A stretch of 32,070 bases of DNA from Gaiellaceae bacterium (GTDB lineage Bacteria; Actinomycetota; Thermoleophilia; Gaiellales; Gaiellaceae). Made by a program: the position numbers and the translations under genes. The notes beneath the pieces were generated by a model that did not search any database, was not told the DNA's origin, and worked only from the letters and a program-made list of their open reading frames with translations. This document shows, in pieces, positions 24,744 through 32,070 of the stretch (position 1 is the first letter of the stretch; each line of letters starts with the position of its first letter). The DNA lies in the NCBI GenBank assembly GCA_035262765.1, contig DATFSG010000214.1:1-32070 (forward strand), given 5' to 3'.

Positions 24744-25781
24744 ATGACTGAGGTGAGCAAAAGTTTCCGGGAACGTTCCACGATTCACGACATTGCTGCA
24801 GAAGCGAACGTCTCGGTGGCGACGGTTTCCCGGGTCCTCAACGGGCGCGATCACGTCGCGCCGGAGACGCGCGAGCGCATCTCGCGGATCGTCCGCGAGC
24901 GGGGCTATTCGGTCAACCGCGGCGCGCGCAGCCTCCAGGACGGACGCACCGGGCTCATCGGGCTGCTCGTTCCGCTCGTGCACCCGAACTACTTCTCGAC
25001 GATCGTCGCCGGTGTAACCGAGGCGCTGAACGACCATGACCTGCGCGCAATCCTCTCACCCACAGAGCACAAGCACGATCGCGAGGTGACCCTGCTCGAC
25101 CGGCTGATGCACGGGATGGCAGACGGCGCGCTCGTCGTCCTCCCTGAAGAGTCGAACGCAGAGCTCGAGCGGCTGCTCGACAGCGACTACAACTTCGTCG
25201 TCATCGACCCGCGCCTTCCGCTCGACGCTCGCATCCCGGCCGTCTCGGCCGCCAACACCTCGGGCGCGGATCAGGTGACGAGGCACCTGCTCGAGCTCGG
25301 CCATCGCCGCATCGCTGCGATTACCGGCCCGCGCGACTGGCAGGCGACCGAGGAGCGGCGCCGCGGCTACCACGCCGCACTCGCCTCCGCCGGGATCCTC
25401 CCGGACCCGGCGCTCGAGATCGAAGCCGACTTCGAGATTCCCGGCGCCGATCGCGCGGCCCAGGTCCTGCTGAACCGGCCCGATCCGCCGACGGCGATCT
25501 TCGCCTTCAACGACAACCTCGCCATCGGCACGATCCAGGCCGCGCGCGCGTACGGCCTGCGCGTGCCCGAGGATCTCTCCGTCGTCGGATTCGACGACAG
25601 CGAGCACGCGTCGTTGATCACGCCCGCCCTGACGACGGTGCGGCAGCCGCTCGCCGAGATGGGACGCACGGCGGTCAACCTCCTCCGCCGTTTGATCGAC
25701 GGTCAGCGCGTCGAGACGCTGCACGTCGAGCTCGGAACGCGCCTTGTCGTGCGCGATTCGACTGCGCCTCCTCGGAGCTGA
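24744..25781 (+). CDS. LacI-family transcriptional repressor
   Basis: N-terminal HTH is STIHDIAAEANVSVATVSRVLNG, followed by a periplasmic-binding-protein-like sugar domain (IAAITGP...RRRGY...AIFAFNDNLAIG..VPEDLSVVGFDD). Start is ambiguous between ATG 24732, ATG 24744 and GTG 24753. TATGGT at 24731-24736 could be a -10 giving a leaderless mRNA at ATG 24744. Confidence 0.9.
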   Translation: MTEVSKSFRERSTIHDIAAEANVSVATVSRVLNGRDHVAPETRERISRIVRERGYSVNRGARSLQDGRTGLIGLLVPLVHPNYFSTIVAGVTEALNDHDLRAILSPTEHKHDREVTLLDRLMHGMADGALVVLPEESNAELERLLDSDYNFVVIDPRLPLDARIPAVSAANTSGADQVTRHLLELGHRRIAAITGPRDWQATEERRRGYHAALASAGILPDPALEIEADFEIPGADRAAQVLLNRPDPPTAIFAFNDNLAIGTIQAARAYGLRVPEDLSVVGFDDSEHASLITPALTTVRQPLAEMGRTAVNLLRRLIDGQRVETLHVELGTRLVVRDSTAPPRS

Positions 25782-25797
25782 GTCGCCTCAGCCGAGG
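25770..25797. terminator. Hairpin spanning the two convergent stop codons (possible bidirectional terminator)
   Basis: CCTCGG(A)GCTGAG-TCGC-CTCAGCCGAGG forms a 12-bp stem with one bulged A. It covers the LacI stop (25779-25781) and the DUF1345 stop (25788-25790). There is no clear U-tract on either side. Confidence 0.35.
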
Positions 25798-26519
25798 ATG
25801 TTTACGGCTCTCGCCACGACCATCACGGCGAGGGCGAGGCTGATCGCCGACTGGACGAGCATCAGCATCTTCGCCCAGCGGCTGAGCGGCATCGTGTCGG
25901 TCGGGCTGAAGGCCGCCGCGTTCGTGAACGAGACGTAGAGGTAGTCGAGGAACTCCGGCTTCCAACCCGCTCCGCTGAGCGCCTGCTCCGTGTGCTGTGG
26001 GAAGAGGAAGTCGCGCTGACCGGGCGCACACGTCGGCCGGTTGGCGGGACCGCCGCCGTCGAGCTGCCAGAACCAGAGTCCGAAGAGAAGAACGTTCACG
26101 ACCCACATGTGGACGGCCGCGCGCAGCAGCTGCGCGGCAGCGGTCGGGTCGCCGTGCGCAAGCTTCCCGTTCACGAGCAGGTGGACGAGCAGGATGATCG
26201 AGACCCCGTTCGCCAGGCTGACGAACCCGATCGAGACGAGTGCGAGGCGGCGGCGTGTGAGGTGGAGCGTCCGCTCGCCCCAGCCGAAAGCGTGAACAAG
26301 CCGGCCGCGTGGGCGGATCACGACGAACGTCACGAGGACGAAGACCGTGAGCGCCGGAACGACCCAACGAACCACGCTGAACGTGCCTGCGCCCGAGCCG
26401 ACTATGAAGCGCGATGGCATGTCGGCATAGAGCACCGCGGCCGCGACCAACGCGCCGGCCGGGAGCAGCGGCGACTCCCCGAGGTCATCGGCGGGCGCGA
26501 GCAAGCGGCCCTCGTCCAC
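25788..26519 (-). CDS. DUF1345-family membrane protein
   Basis: Conserved C-terminal pattern: LFGLWFWQLDGGGP...DFLFPQ...WKPEFLDYLYVSFTNAAAFSPTDTMPLSRWAKMLMLVQSAISL..VVARAVNIL. Start is GTG 26519 or ATG 26420. Confidence 0.8.
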   Translation of the reverse strand: MDEGRLLAPADDLGESPLLPAGALVAAAVLYADMPSRFIVGSGAGTFSVVRWVVPALTVFVLVTFVVIRPRGRLVHAFGWGERTLHLTRRRLALVSIGFVSLANGVSIILLVHLLVNGKLAHGDPTAAAQLLRAAVHMWVVNVLLFGLWFWQLDGGGPANRPTCAPGQRDFLFPQHTEQALSGAGWKPEFLDYLYVSFTNAAAFSPTDTMPLSRWAKMLMLVQSAISLALAVMVVARAVNILG

Positions 26520-26567
26520 GCTTTGAGGCTACGCAGCGCGTCGGCGGACGCCTTCCCGGAGCAGGGC

Positions 26568-26573
26568 TACAAT
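26568..26573 (+). promoter_or_regulatory. Candidate -10 element (TACAAT) for tRNA-Thr
   Basis: CTACAAT ends 10 nt upstream of the tRNA 5' end. It is the same heptamer at nearly the same spacing as upstream of tRNA-Tyr. Confidence 0.4.
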
Positions 26574-26583
26574 CCGCGTTCCA

Positions 26584-26656
26584 GCCCTCTTAGCTCAGTT
26601 GGTAGAGCACCTCCATGGTAAGGAGGGGGTCGACGGTTCGAGTCCGTCAGAGGGCT
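26584..26656 (+). tRNA. tRNA-Thr (anticodon GGT)
   Basis: Hand-folded. Acceptor GCCCTCT/AGAGGGC, D arm GCTC-AGTTGGTA-GAGC, anticodon arm CCTCC-ATGGTAA-GGAGG. Variable loop GGGTC, T arm GACGG-TTCGAGT-CCGTC, discriminator T. CCA is not encoded. Confidence 0.9.
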
Positions 26657-26782
26657 CTAAAATCCCTGCAAATCGCTTTTTCGTGTTGTCTGTGTTGAAT
26701 CGCAGGTAAGGAGGGGGCCAACGTAAGGACACTGGCCCGGGCGAGCGTTCAAGCCGTCGCAGCCTACGGAGGAACGGCGGCG

Positions 26783-27340
26783 CTATCGCAGGTGCGCGAG
26801 GATTGTGCGTGCGCAGTCCTCGCTCGACGCCGTGGTTGTGTCGACGGTCACGTCGTAGTGGACGCCTTGGTGGACCTTTACGGCCTGTGAAGAGGCCATA
26901 CCGGCGACACGTCCAGGCCGCCCGACCTCGCGCGCAGCCGCCACAACCGGATCGCAGTGGACACCGACCCACAGCAGAGCGAGCCCTTCGAACGCGTCGG
27001 CAATCTGCCGCTGGGCTGTGCCGCCGCGGAGCAGGACTTCGTCGACGATGAGACCGAGTCCTGTGCGCGCGATCGCTGACAGCCCCGCGTACCACGCCGA
27101 CTCAACCTGTCTCCACGCAGCCTCAACAATCACTTCGCCGTTGCCGCCCACACGAAGGAGCGGGGTACGACCGGAAAGCGGTGGCGAGCCGCCGACAAGC
27201 GACGGTGACAGTGCGCTTATGAGGTCGTCGACGCCGAGCGTGGCCCACGGCATAACGAGAAGTTCTTGAAGGCTTCGGGCGATCGACGACTTGCCCGAAC
27301 TCGACCCGCCGTTGAGGACGATCACCTCCGTCCGCACCAT
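26783..27340 (-). CDS. Chloramphenicol phosphotransferase-like (CPT family) P-loop kinase
   Basis: VIVLNGGSSSGKSSIARSLQELL..PW..LGVDDLI at the N-terminus. Also LIVDEVLL.GG, LWVGVHCD, GRPGRVAGMASSQAVKVHQGVHYDVTVDTT. By eye this is collinear with the Streptomyces venezuelae CPT sequence as I remember it. Confidence 0.85.
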   Translation of the reverse strand: MVRTEVIVLNGGSSSGKSSIARSLQELLVMPWATLGVDDLISALSPSLVGGSPPLSGRTPLLRVGGNGEVIVEAAWRQVESAWYAGLSAIARTGLGLIVDEVLLRGGTAQRQIADAFEGLALLWVGVHCDPVVAAAREVGRPGRVAGMASSQAVKVHQGVHYDVTVDTTTASSEDCARTILAHLR

Positions 27341-27411
27341 CCAACCCTATCGATCCCGGCTAACCAGACGCAGGGATTGGCGGCGAGGTGCGGCCGTCAG
27401 ATTCCGGTGTG

Positions 27412-28119
27412 TCAGCCGACTGGCTCGTTTGATGCGTCGCCGGCGGCAGCGTCGAAGTGTTCGCGCAGCGCGGCGAGTCGGGGCGGCCCGGTGACGGCGT
27501 TGAGTAACGCGTGGGCGCGTCGTCGGTTCCCGCGAATTGAGAGCTCGCCGGCTTGTTCGATTTCTGCGGCGCGCGCGCCAAAGATGAGCGCCCTCATTCC
27601 GGGGCGAGTCAGCTCGATCGTCGTTTCGGGCTCATCGTCTGGGGCGGCGTTGATCTGCCCCGCGTCGACCGTGACCCGGACGGTTTCGTCGTCGATGTGA
27701 ACCTCGTACGCCCCGTTTGCCTGGCGCGGGTATGGCGCGCCGCCCAGGAGGAGCGAGGTGAGGGGTACGCGCGTCGGGATCTCGGACGGGTCGGCGGGGA
27801 GCTCGAGCCGGTCGGCTCCCCAGCGGCCGAGCTCTCTGAGTACCGGGCCGAGCGCCTGACCGGACTCGGTCAGTTCATACCGCTGGGCGCGCCCTTCCCC
27901 GACTTGTCTCACGATCCCCTGCTCCTGGAGCTTCCGCAAACGCGTGGCGAGGATGTCTGTCGGGATGCCGCCGAGGCCCTTCTGCAGCTCGGAGTAGCGG
28001 CGCGGTCCGAGGATCAGGTCGCGGACGATCAGCAGCGCCCAGCGTTCGCCCACGACGTTGAGGGCCGCCCCCACGGGACAGAAGGTCTGGTAGCCGACCG
28101 GAGAAGCCACGTCCTCCAC
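27412..28119 (-). CDS. HxlR-family winged-helix transcriptional regulator with a C-terminal SCP2-like extension
   Basis: The N-terminus CPVGAALNVVGERWALLIVRDLILGPRRYSELQKGLGGIPTDILATRLRKLQEQGIV is the HxlR signature. An extra roughly 120-aa C-terminal domain is present. GTG start at 28119. The CPT-like gene follows 71 nt downstream on the same strand. Confidence 0.85.
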   Translation of the reverse strand: MEDVASPVGYQTFCPVGAALNVVGERWALLIVRDLILGPRRYSELQKGLGGIPTDILATRLRKLQEQGIVRQVGEGRAQRYELTESGQALGPVLRELGRWGADRLELPADPSEIPTRVPLTSLLLGGAPYPRQANGAYEVHIDDETVRVTVDAGQINAAPDDEPETTIELTRPGMRALIFGARAAEIEQAGELSIRGNRRRAHALLNAVTGPPRLAALREHFDAAAGDASNEPVG

Positions 28120-28129
28120 TGTACCTGAC

Positions 28130-28159
28130 TTGACTTGGATAGTCCAAGTGTGCTAATAC
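28130..28159 (+). promoter_or_regulatory. Candidate promoter of the MMPL/ABC operon
   Basis: TTGACT (28130-28135), an 18-nt spacer ending in TGc (extended -10), then TAATAC (28154-28159). It lies 30 nt upstream of ATG 28189. Confidence 0.5.
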
Positions 28160-28178
28160 GCTTGGATAATCCAAGTGT
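28133..28178. promoter_or_regulatory. Two tandem operator palindromes (probable HxlR-regulator binding sites)
   Basis: aCTTGGATAGTCCAAGtgt (28133-28151) is a 15-bp palindrome with one mismatch. CTTGGATAATCCAAGtgt (28161-28178) is a perfect 7-1-7 palindrome. Centres are 27 bp apart. Site 1 fills the -35/-10 spacer and site 2 covers the predicted start site of the MMPL promoter. Confidence 0.6.
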
Positions 28179-28188
28179 AGGGGGAAAC

Positions 28189-30330
28189 ATGTTCGGGGGA
28201 TTTGCCTCATTCGTGTATCGGAACAGGCGCCGGGTGCTGCTGGTAGCTCTGCTCGGCATCGTCGCGGCCGGCGTATTCGGGCTCGGGGTCGCGAAGCGGC
28301 TGAGCCCGTATGGCGACACCGACCCGTCGACCCAGTCGGTCCAGGCAACGAACCGCTACCAGGCCGCGACCGGACGCCAGATCGACCCCGGCGTCGTCGC
28401 GCTGGTGAAGACGGATGGCGTCAACGGCGCGGCCGCCGAACGACGGGTCCGCAGGGTCGAGGCGCAGCTCCGCGCGAGTCGCGACGTCGCGGCCGTCTCG
28501 AGCTACTACAACACCCACGATCCGGAGATGGTCTCCCGCGACGGGCGCTCGACCTACGTCGTCGCTTACTTCCGGCCGAAGTCGGATCTGAGAATCCAGG
28601 ACGACGCCAAGCGCCTGGAGAGCGCGTTTGCCGGCCGGCGTGACGTCGAGCTCGGTGGCGGAGCGATCGCGAACGAGCAGGTCAACACGCAGGTCGGCAA
28701 CGACCTGGCGCGGGCGGAGCTGTTCGCGTTCCCGATCATCTTCCTGCTCTCGCTGCTCTTCTTCCGCTCGCTCGTCGCCTCGCTGCTGCCACCCTTCCTC
28801 GGCGTCCTGGCGATCCTCCTCACCTTCTTCGCGCTGCGGATCGTCTCGAGCTTCACGGACCTGTCCGTGTTCGCGCAGAGCATCGTCACCGGCCTCGGGC
28901 TGGGACTGGCGATCGACTACAGCCTGTTCACGGTCTCCCGCTACCGCGAGGAAGCTGCTCGCAGCGGCTTCGGTGTCGACGCGCTTCGCCGCACGCTCGC
29001 AACGTCAGGTCGGACGATCCTCTTCAGCGCGCTCACGGTCGCCGCCGCGCTCGCGTCGCTGACGATCTTCCCCCAAAACTTCCTCTTCTCGATGGGCCTG
29101 GCCGGTGCCGTCGTGGCGCTCGTCGCCGCCGCGCTCGCGCTCGTGGTGTTGCCGGCGCTTCTGGCGCTGCTCGGGCCGCGGGTGAACGCCCTCGCGCCGA
29201 AGTGGCTCCAGCGCGCCGCCGAGCGGGACGCGCGACCTGCAGAGGCGGGCTTCTGGTATCGGCTCTCGCGGTTCGTGATCGCACGGCCAGGAAGGATCGC
29301 GCTCGCGACCGCAGTCGGACTGATCGTCCTCGGCGTGCCGTTCGCGTCGATCAAGTTCATGCCCGCCAGCGCCAGCGAGCTGCCCGCAAGCGCGAGCGCG
29401 TATCGCGTCGACGAGGCGCTTCGCACCGAGTTCCCGCCCGGCCGCACCTCGCCGCTCGAAGTCGTGGTGGGCGCCCCGGCCGGCTCGCACCAGGTGCCCG
29501 CCCTCGCCGCGCGTATCCGCTCACTCCCCAACGTGTCCGCGGTCGCCCCCGCCCAGCCCGCCGGGCGCCGGCTCGCACTGATCGACGTCGCGCCGTCGAC
29601 TCCAATCTACAGCCCGGCCAGCCGCCAGCTCGTGCATGACGTGCGCTCTCTGCGGACGCCGTTCTACCTGGGCGTCGCCGGCGACACGGCCGGATACGTC
29701 GACCTCGAGCACAGCCTCAGCACCCACCTCCCCATCGTGCTCGCGCTCGTCGTTGCCTCGACGATCCTCGTCCTCTTCCTCATGACCGGCTCGCTCGTGC
29801 TTGGAGTGAAGGCCGTACTTATGAACGCGCTCAACCTGAGCGCCGTGTTCGGAATCCTCGTCCTGATCTTCCAGCACGGCAACCTGCAAGGCCTGCTCTC
29901 CTACCGCAGCACGGGCTCGCTCGACGCGACCCAGCCGATCCTGCTCTTCGCGGTCGCCTTCGGGCTCGCCACCGACTACGCCGTCTTCCTGATCTCACGG
30001 ATCAAAGAAGCCCACGACAGCGGCGTCCCCAACAACCGGGCCGTCGCGATCGGACTCGAGCGCACCGGGCGGATCGTGACCGCGGCCGCGCTCCTGTTCT
30101 CGGTCGCGATCGGCGCTTTCGTGACCTCGAACCTGGTCTTCATCAAGGAACTCGGCCTCGGCATCGCGCTCGCAGTCCTGATCGACGCATTCGTAATCCG
30201 CGGCCTGCTCGTGCCCTCGCTCATGGCACTGGTCGGCAGGTGGAACTGGTGGGCACCCGGACCGCTTAAGCGGCTCTACGAGCGCTCGTCGGCCACCGCA
30301 CCCGAGCCCGCCCTCGGGACGACGAAATGA
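28189..30330 (+). CDS. MMPL-family (RND superfamily) membrane transporter
   Basis: About 713 aa. Two blocks of about six TM helices, each preceded by a soluble loop. N-terminus FVYRNRRRVLLVALLGIVAAGVFGLGV. Motifs AIDYSLF and ATDYAVFLISRIKE are typical of MMPL proteins. ATG 28189 is preceded by AGGGGGA. Confidence 0.9.
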   Translation: MFGGFASFVYRNRRRVLLVALLGIVAAGVFGLGVAKRLSPYGDTDPSTQSVQATNRYQAATGRQIDPGVVALVKTDGVNGAAAERRVRRVEAQLRASRDVAAVSSYYNTHDPEMVSRDGRSTYVVAYFRPKSDLRIQDDAKRLESAFAGRRDVELGGGAIANEQVNTQVGNDLARAELFAFPIIFLLSLLFFRSLVASLLPPFLGVLAILLTFFALRIVSSFTDLSVFAQSIVTGLGLGLAIDYSLFTVSRYREEAARSGFGVDALRRTLATSGRTILFSALTVAAALASLTIFPQNFLFSMGLAGAVVALVAAALALVVLPALLALLGPRVNALAPKWLQRAAERDARPAEAGFWYRLSRFVIARPGRIALATAVGLIVLGVPFASIKFMPASASELPASASAYRVDEALRTEFPPGRTSPLEVVVGAPAGSHQVPALAARIRSLPNVSAVAPAQPAGRRLALIDVAPSTPIYSPASRQLVHDVRSLRTPFYLGVAGDTAGYVDLEHSLSTHLPIVLALVVASTILVLFLMTGSLVLGVKAVLMNALNLSAVFGILVLIFQHGNLQGLLSYRSTGSLDATQPILLFAVAFGLATDYAVFLISRIKEAHDSGVPNNRAVAIGLERTGRIVTAAALLFSVAIGAFVTSNLVFIKELGLGIALAVLIDAFVIRGLLVPSLMALVGRWNWWAPGPLKRLYERSSATAPEPALGTTK

Positions 30331-31277
30331 GTGTCGTCGCCGGACCTGAGCGCGTCGTGGCGTGGCCGAGGGACGAGAAGCTCGCGGAATGCGCGGTCGA
30401 GAACGTGATCGTCGTCGAGGGGCTCCGCATGCGCTACGGAGCGACGGAAGCGGTCGCCGGCATCGACCTTCGCATCGCGCGCGGCGAGATCTTCGCCTTC
30501 CTCGGTCCGAACGGAGCGGGCAAGACGACGACGGTCGAGATCCTCGAGGGCTTTCGCGAGCGAACCGACGGAACGGTCTCCGTGCTCGGCGTCGATCCAA
30601 ACGACGGTGGCCGCGAATGGCGGAACCGAATCGGTGCGGTCCTACAGGAATCAAGCGCCGAGCCGGGCCTCACCGTCCGTCAATGCCTCCAGCTCTACGC
30701 CGGCTACTACGACAATCCGCGCTCGATCGACGAGACACTCGCGCTCGTCGGCCTCGCCGCGAAGGCCGATGCGCGCGGCGAGCACCTCTCAGGCGGACAG
30801 CGCCGTCGCCTCGAGGTTGCCCTCGCGCTCATCGGAGACCCGGAGCTGCTCTTCCTCGACGAGCCGACAACCGGCTTCGACCCCTCCGCGCGCCGCACGG
30901 CCTGGAGCGTGATCGAAGGGTTGCGCGACCTCGGCAAGACCGTCTTCCTGACAACCCACTACATGGACGAAGCCGAGAGCCTCGCCGACCGGATCGCGGT
31001 CATCACCCAAGGCAAGATCGTCGCCGAGGGAACCCCAGTCGCACTCGGCGGACGCGAGGCAATGCCGACGTCCGTGTCTTTCCGGCTCCCCGACGGAGTC
31101 GAATATCCGCACGGTCGCAGAGAGAACGATCGCGTCGTGCTCGAAAGCAGGCAGCCGCTCAGCGACGTCGCCGGGCTCGCCGCTTGGGCTGACGCCCACC
31201 GGGTCGAGATCGAGGATCTCGAGGTGAGCAAACCATCGCTCGAAGACGTCTACCTCGAACTGACGAGGACCGACTGA
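30327..31277 (+). CDS. ABC transporter ATP-binding protein (ABC-2 partner)
   Basis: Walker A GPNGAGKTT, signature LSGGQRRR, Walker B LLFLDEPTTGFD, H-loop TTHYMDEA. ATG 30327 overlaps the MMPL stop (ATGA). Confidence 0.9.
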   Translation: MSVVAGPERVVAWPRDEKLAECAVENVIVVEGLRMRYGATEAVAGIDLRIARGEIFAFLGPNGAGKTTTVEILEGFRERTDGTVSVLGVDPNDGGREWRNRIGAVLQESSAEPGLTVRQCLQLYAGYYDNPRSIDETLALVGLAAKADARGEHLSGGQRRRLEVALALIGDPELLFLDEPTTGFDPSARRTAWSVIEGLRDLGKTVFLTTHYMDEAESLADRIAVITQGKIVAEGTPVALGGREAMPTSVSFRLPDGVEYPHGRRENDRVVLESRQPLSDVAGLAAWADAHRVEIEDLEVSKPSLEDVYLELTRTD

Positions 31278-32041
31278 TGCGGCTCGTCTTCCACCAGTGG
31301 CGCTACGACCTGGTCGGGTTCTGGCGCAACCCGCAAGCGCGCTTCTTCACCCTGGCGCTGCCGATCATCTTCCTGGTCATCTTCGTCAGCGTCTTCGGCA
31401 ACAGCACGCTCAAGAATGGCGTCAAGGCCTCGACCTACTACGTGCCCGGCATCGCCGCGCTCGCCATCATCGCCAGCTCGTTCTTCAACCTCGTCATCGC
31501 GATCACCACGCAACGGGAGACCGGCATCCTCAAGCGACGACGCGCAACTCCACTACCGGCCTGGGTGCTGATCGCCGGCCGCACACTCACCGCCGTCGTC
31601 ATCTCGCTCGCCGTCATGAGCATCCTGCTCCTCATCGGACGCTTCGCCTACGGCGTCGAACTGCCTGCCCACACGATCCCCGCGGTCGTACTCACCGCCG
31701 TCGTAGGCTCGATCGCCTTCTGCTGTCTCGGCTACGCCCTCTCGACAACGATCCGCTCCGAAGACGCGGCACAGCCGATGGTGCAGGCGATCATGCTCCC
31801 GCTCTACTTCATCTCCGGCGTCTTCATCCCCAACATCAACCTGCCCACCTGGCTCCGCGAAGTCGCGAAATTCTTCCCCGTCCAGCACCTCGCAGCGGCC
31901 CTACACCAAGCCTTCGACCCCACCGCCACCGGCAACGGGATCGTCTCGAGCGACCTCGCCGTCCTCGCCCTCTGGGGCGCCGCCGGACTCGCCATCGCGC
32001 TACTCCGCTTCACCTGGACCCCCGCCGCAGCAAGGACCTGA
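31277..32041 (+). CDS. ABC-2 type exporter permease
   Basis: Six predicted TM segments with an ABC-2 membrane-domain pattern (FWRNPQARFFTLALPIIFLVIFVSVFG...GILKRRRATPLP). The ATG overlaps the ATPase stop by 1 nt. Confidence 0.85.
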   Translation: MRLVFHQWRYDLVGFWRNPQARFFTLALPIIFLVIFVSVFGNSTLKNGVKASTYYVPGIAALAIIASSFFNLVIAITTQRETGILKRRRATPLPAWVLIAGRTLTAVVISLAVMSILLLIGRFAYGVELPAHTIPAVVLTAVVGSIAFCCLGYALSTTIRSEDAAQPMVQAIMLPLYFISGVFIPNINLPTWLREVAKFFPVQHLAAALHQAFDPTATGNGIVSSDLAVLALWGAAGLAIALLRFTWTPAAART

Positions 32042-32055
32042 GAGGAGGTGAAACC

Positions 32056-32070
32056 ATGGCCACCACCACC
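32056..32070 (+). CDS. Start of an unidentified CDS (only 5 codons in the window)
   Basis: GAGGAGG (32042-32048) lies 7 nt upstream of ATG 32056. The ORF runs off the window (MATTT...). Confidence 0.3.

Noticed and set aside
26705-26730. AAGGAGGGGG as a ribosome-binding site for an unannotated small ORF after tRNA-Thr
   Set aside because: No ATG, GTG or TTG lies within the next roughly 15 nt on the + strand. It is better explained as a partial tRNA repeat or chance.
26657-32070. Genomic island or mobile element inserted at tRNA-Thr
   Set aside because: I recognised no integrase, transposase, recombinase or flanking full att repeat in the window, and G+C of the downstream genes looks native. 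It is kept only as a low-interest scar hypothesis.

Overview
High-GC bacterial chromosomal window; hand-counted 60-nt lines range from about 53% to 77% G+C. Gene content looks like a monoderm high-GC lineage (Actinomycetota-like): MMPL transporter, CPT-like kinase, NlpC/P60 plus PASTA protein, many 1-4 nt start/stop overlaps, and leaderless-looking starts. Taxonomy is inference only.

Block 1 (1-13.9 kb) is a near-complete type IVa-like pilus locus. On the + strand: NlpC/P60, PASTA protein, pilD, pilB, an unknown membrane protein with a truncated in-frame paralogue, and an AlkZ/YcaQ-like DNA glycosylase. On the - strand: the pilin gene, a strong intrinsic terminator, then a thioredoxin-fold membrane protein, an 87-aa protein and a 406-aa Ala/Glu-rich coiled-coil protein. 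Divergent from the pilin: pilT-pilM-pilN-pilO-unknown-pilC, mostly translationally coupled. No secretin, PilP lipoprotein or minor pilins are visible.

Block 2 (13.8-26.5 kb) holds an ABC-2 exporter plus a geranylgeranyl-reductase-family flavoprotein, tRNA-Tyr, and HdeD/DUF308. It also holds a sugar-utilisation operon (family-5 binding protein, Opp/Dpp-type permeases and ATPases, GH1 beta-glucosidase) with a divergent LacI repressor and candidate promoter and operators, then DUF1345.

Block 3 (26.6-32 kb) starts at tRNA-Thr, followed by a CPT-like kinase, an HxlR regulator with two tandem operator palindromes over a clear promoter, and MMPL translationally coupled to an ABC-2 exporter.

I recognised no rRNA, CRISPR, transposase or integrase. 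The most interesting items are the secretin-less retractile pilus machinery with an uncharacterised coupled component (11948-12649), the cell-wall enzymes linked to it, and the pilin-linked coiled-coil operon. All family calls rest on motif recognition by eye, not on searches.
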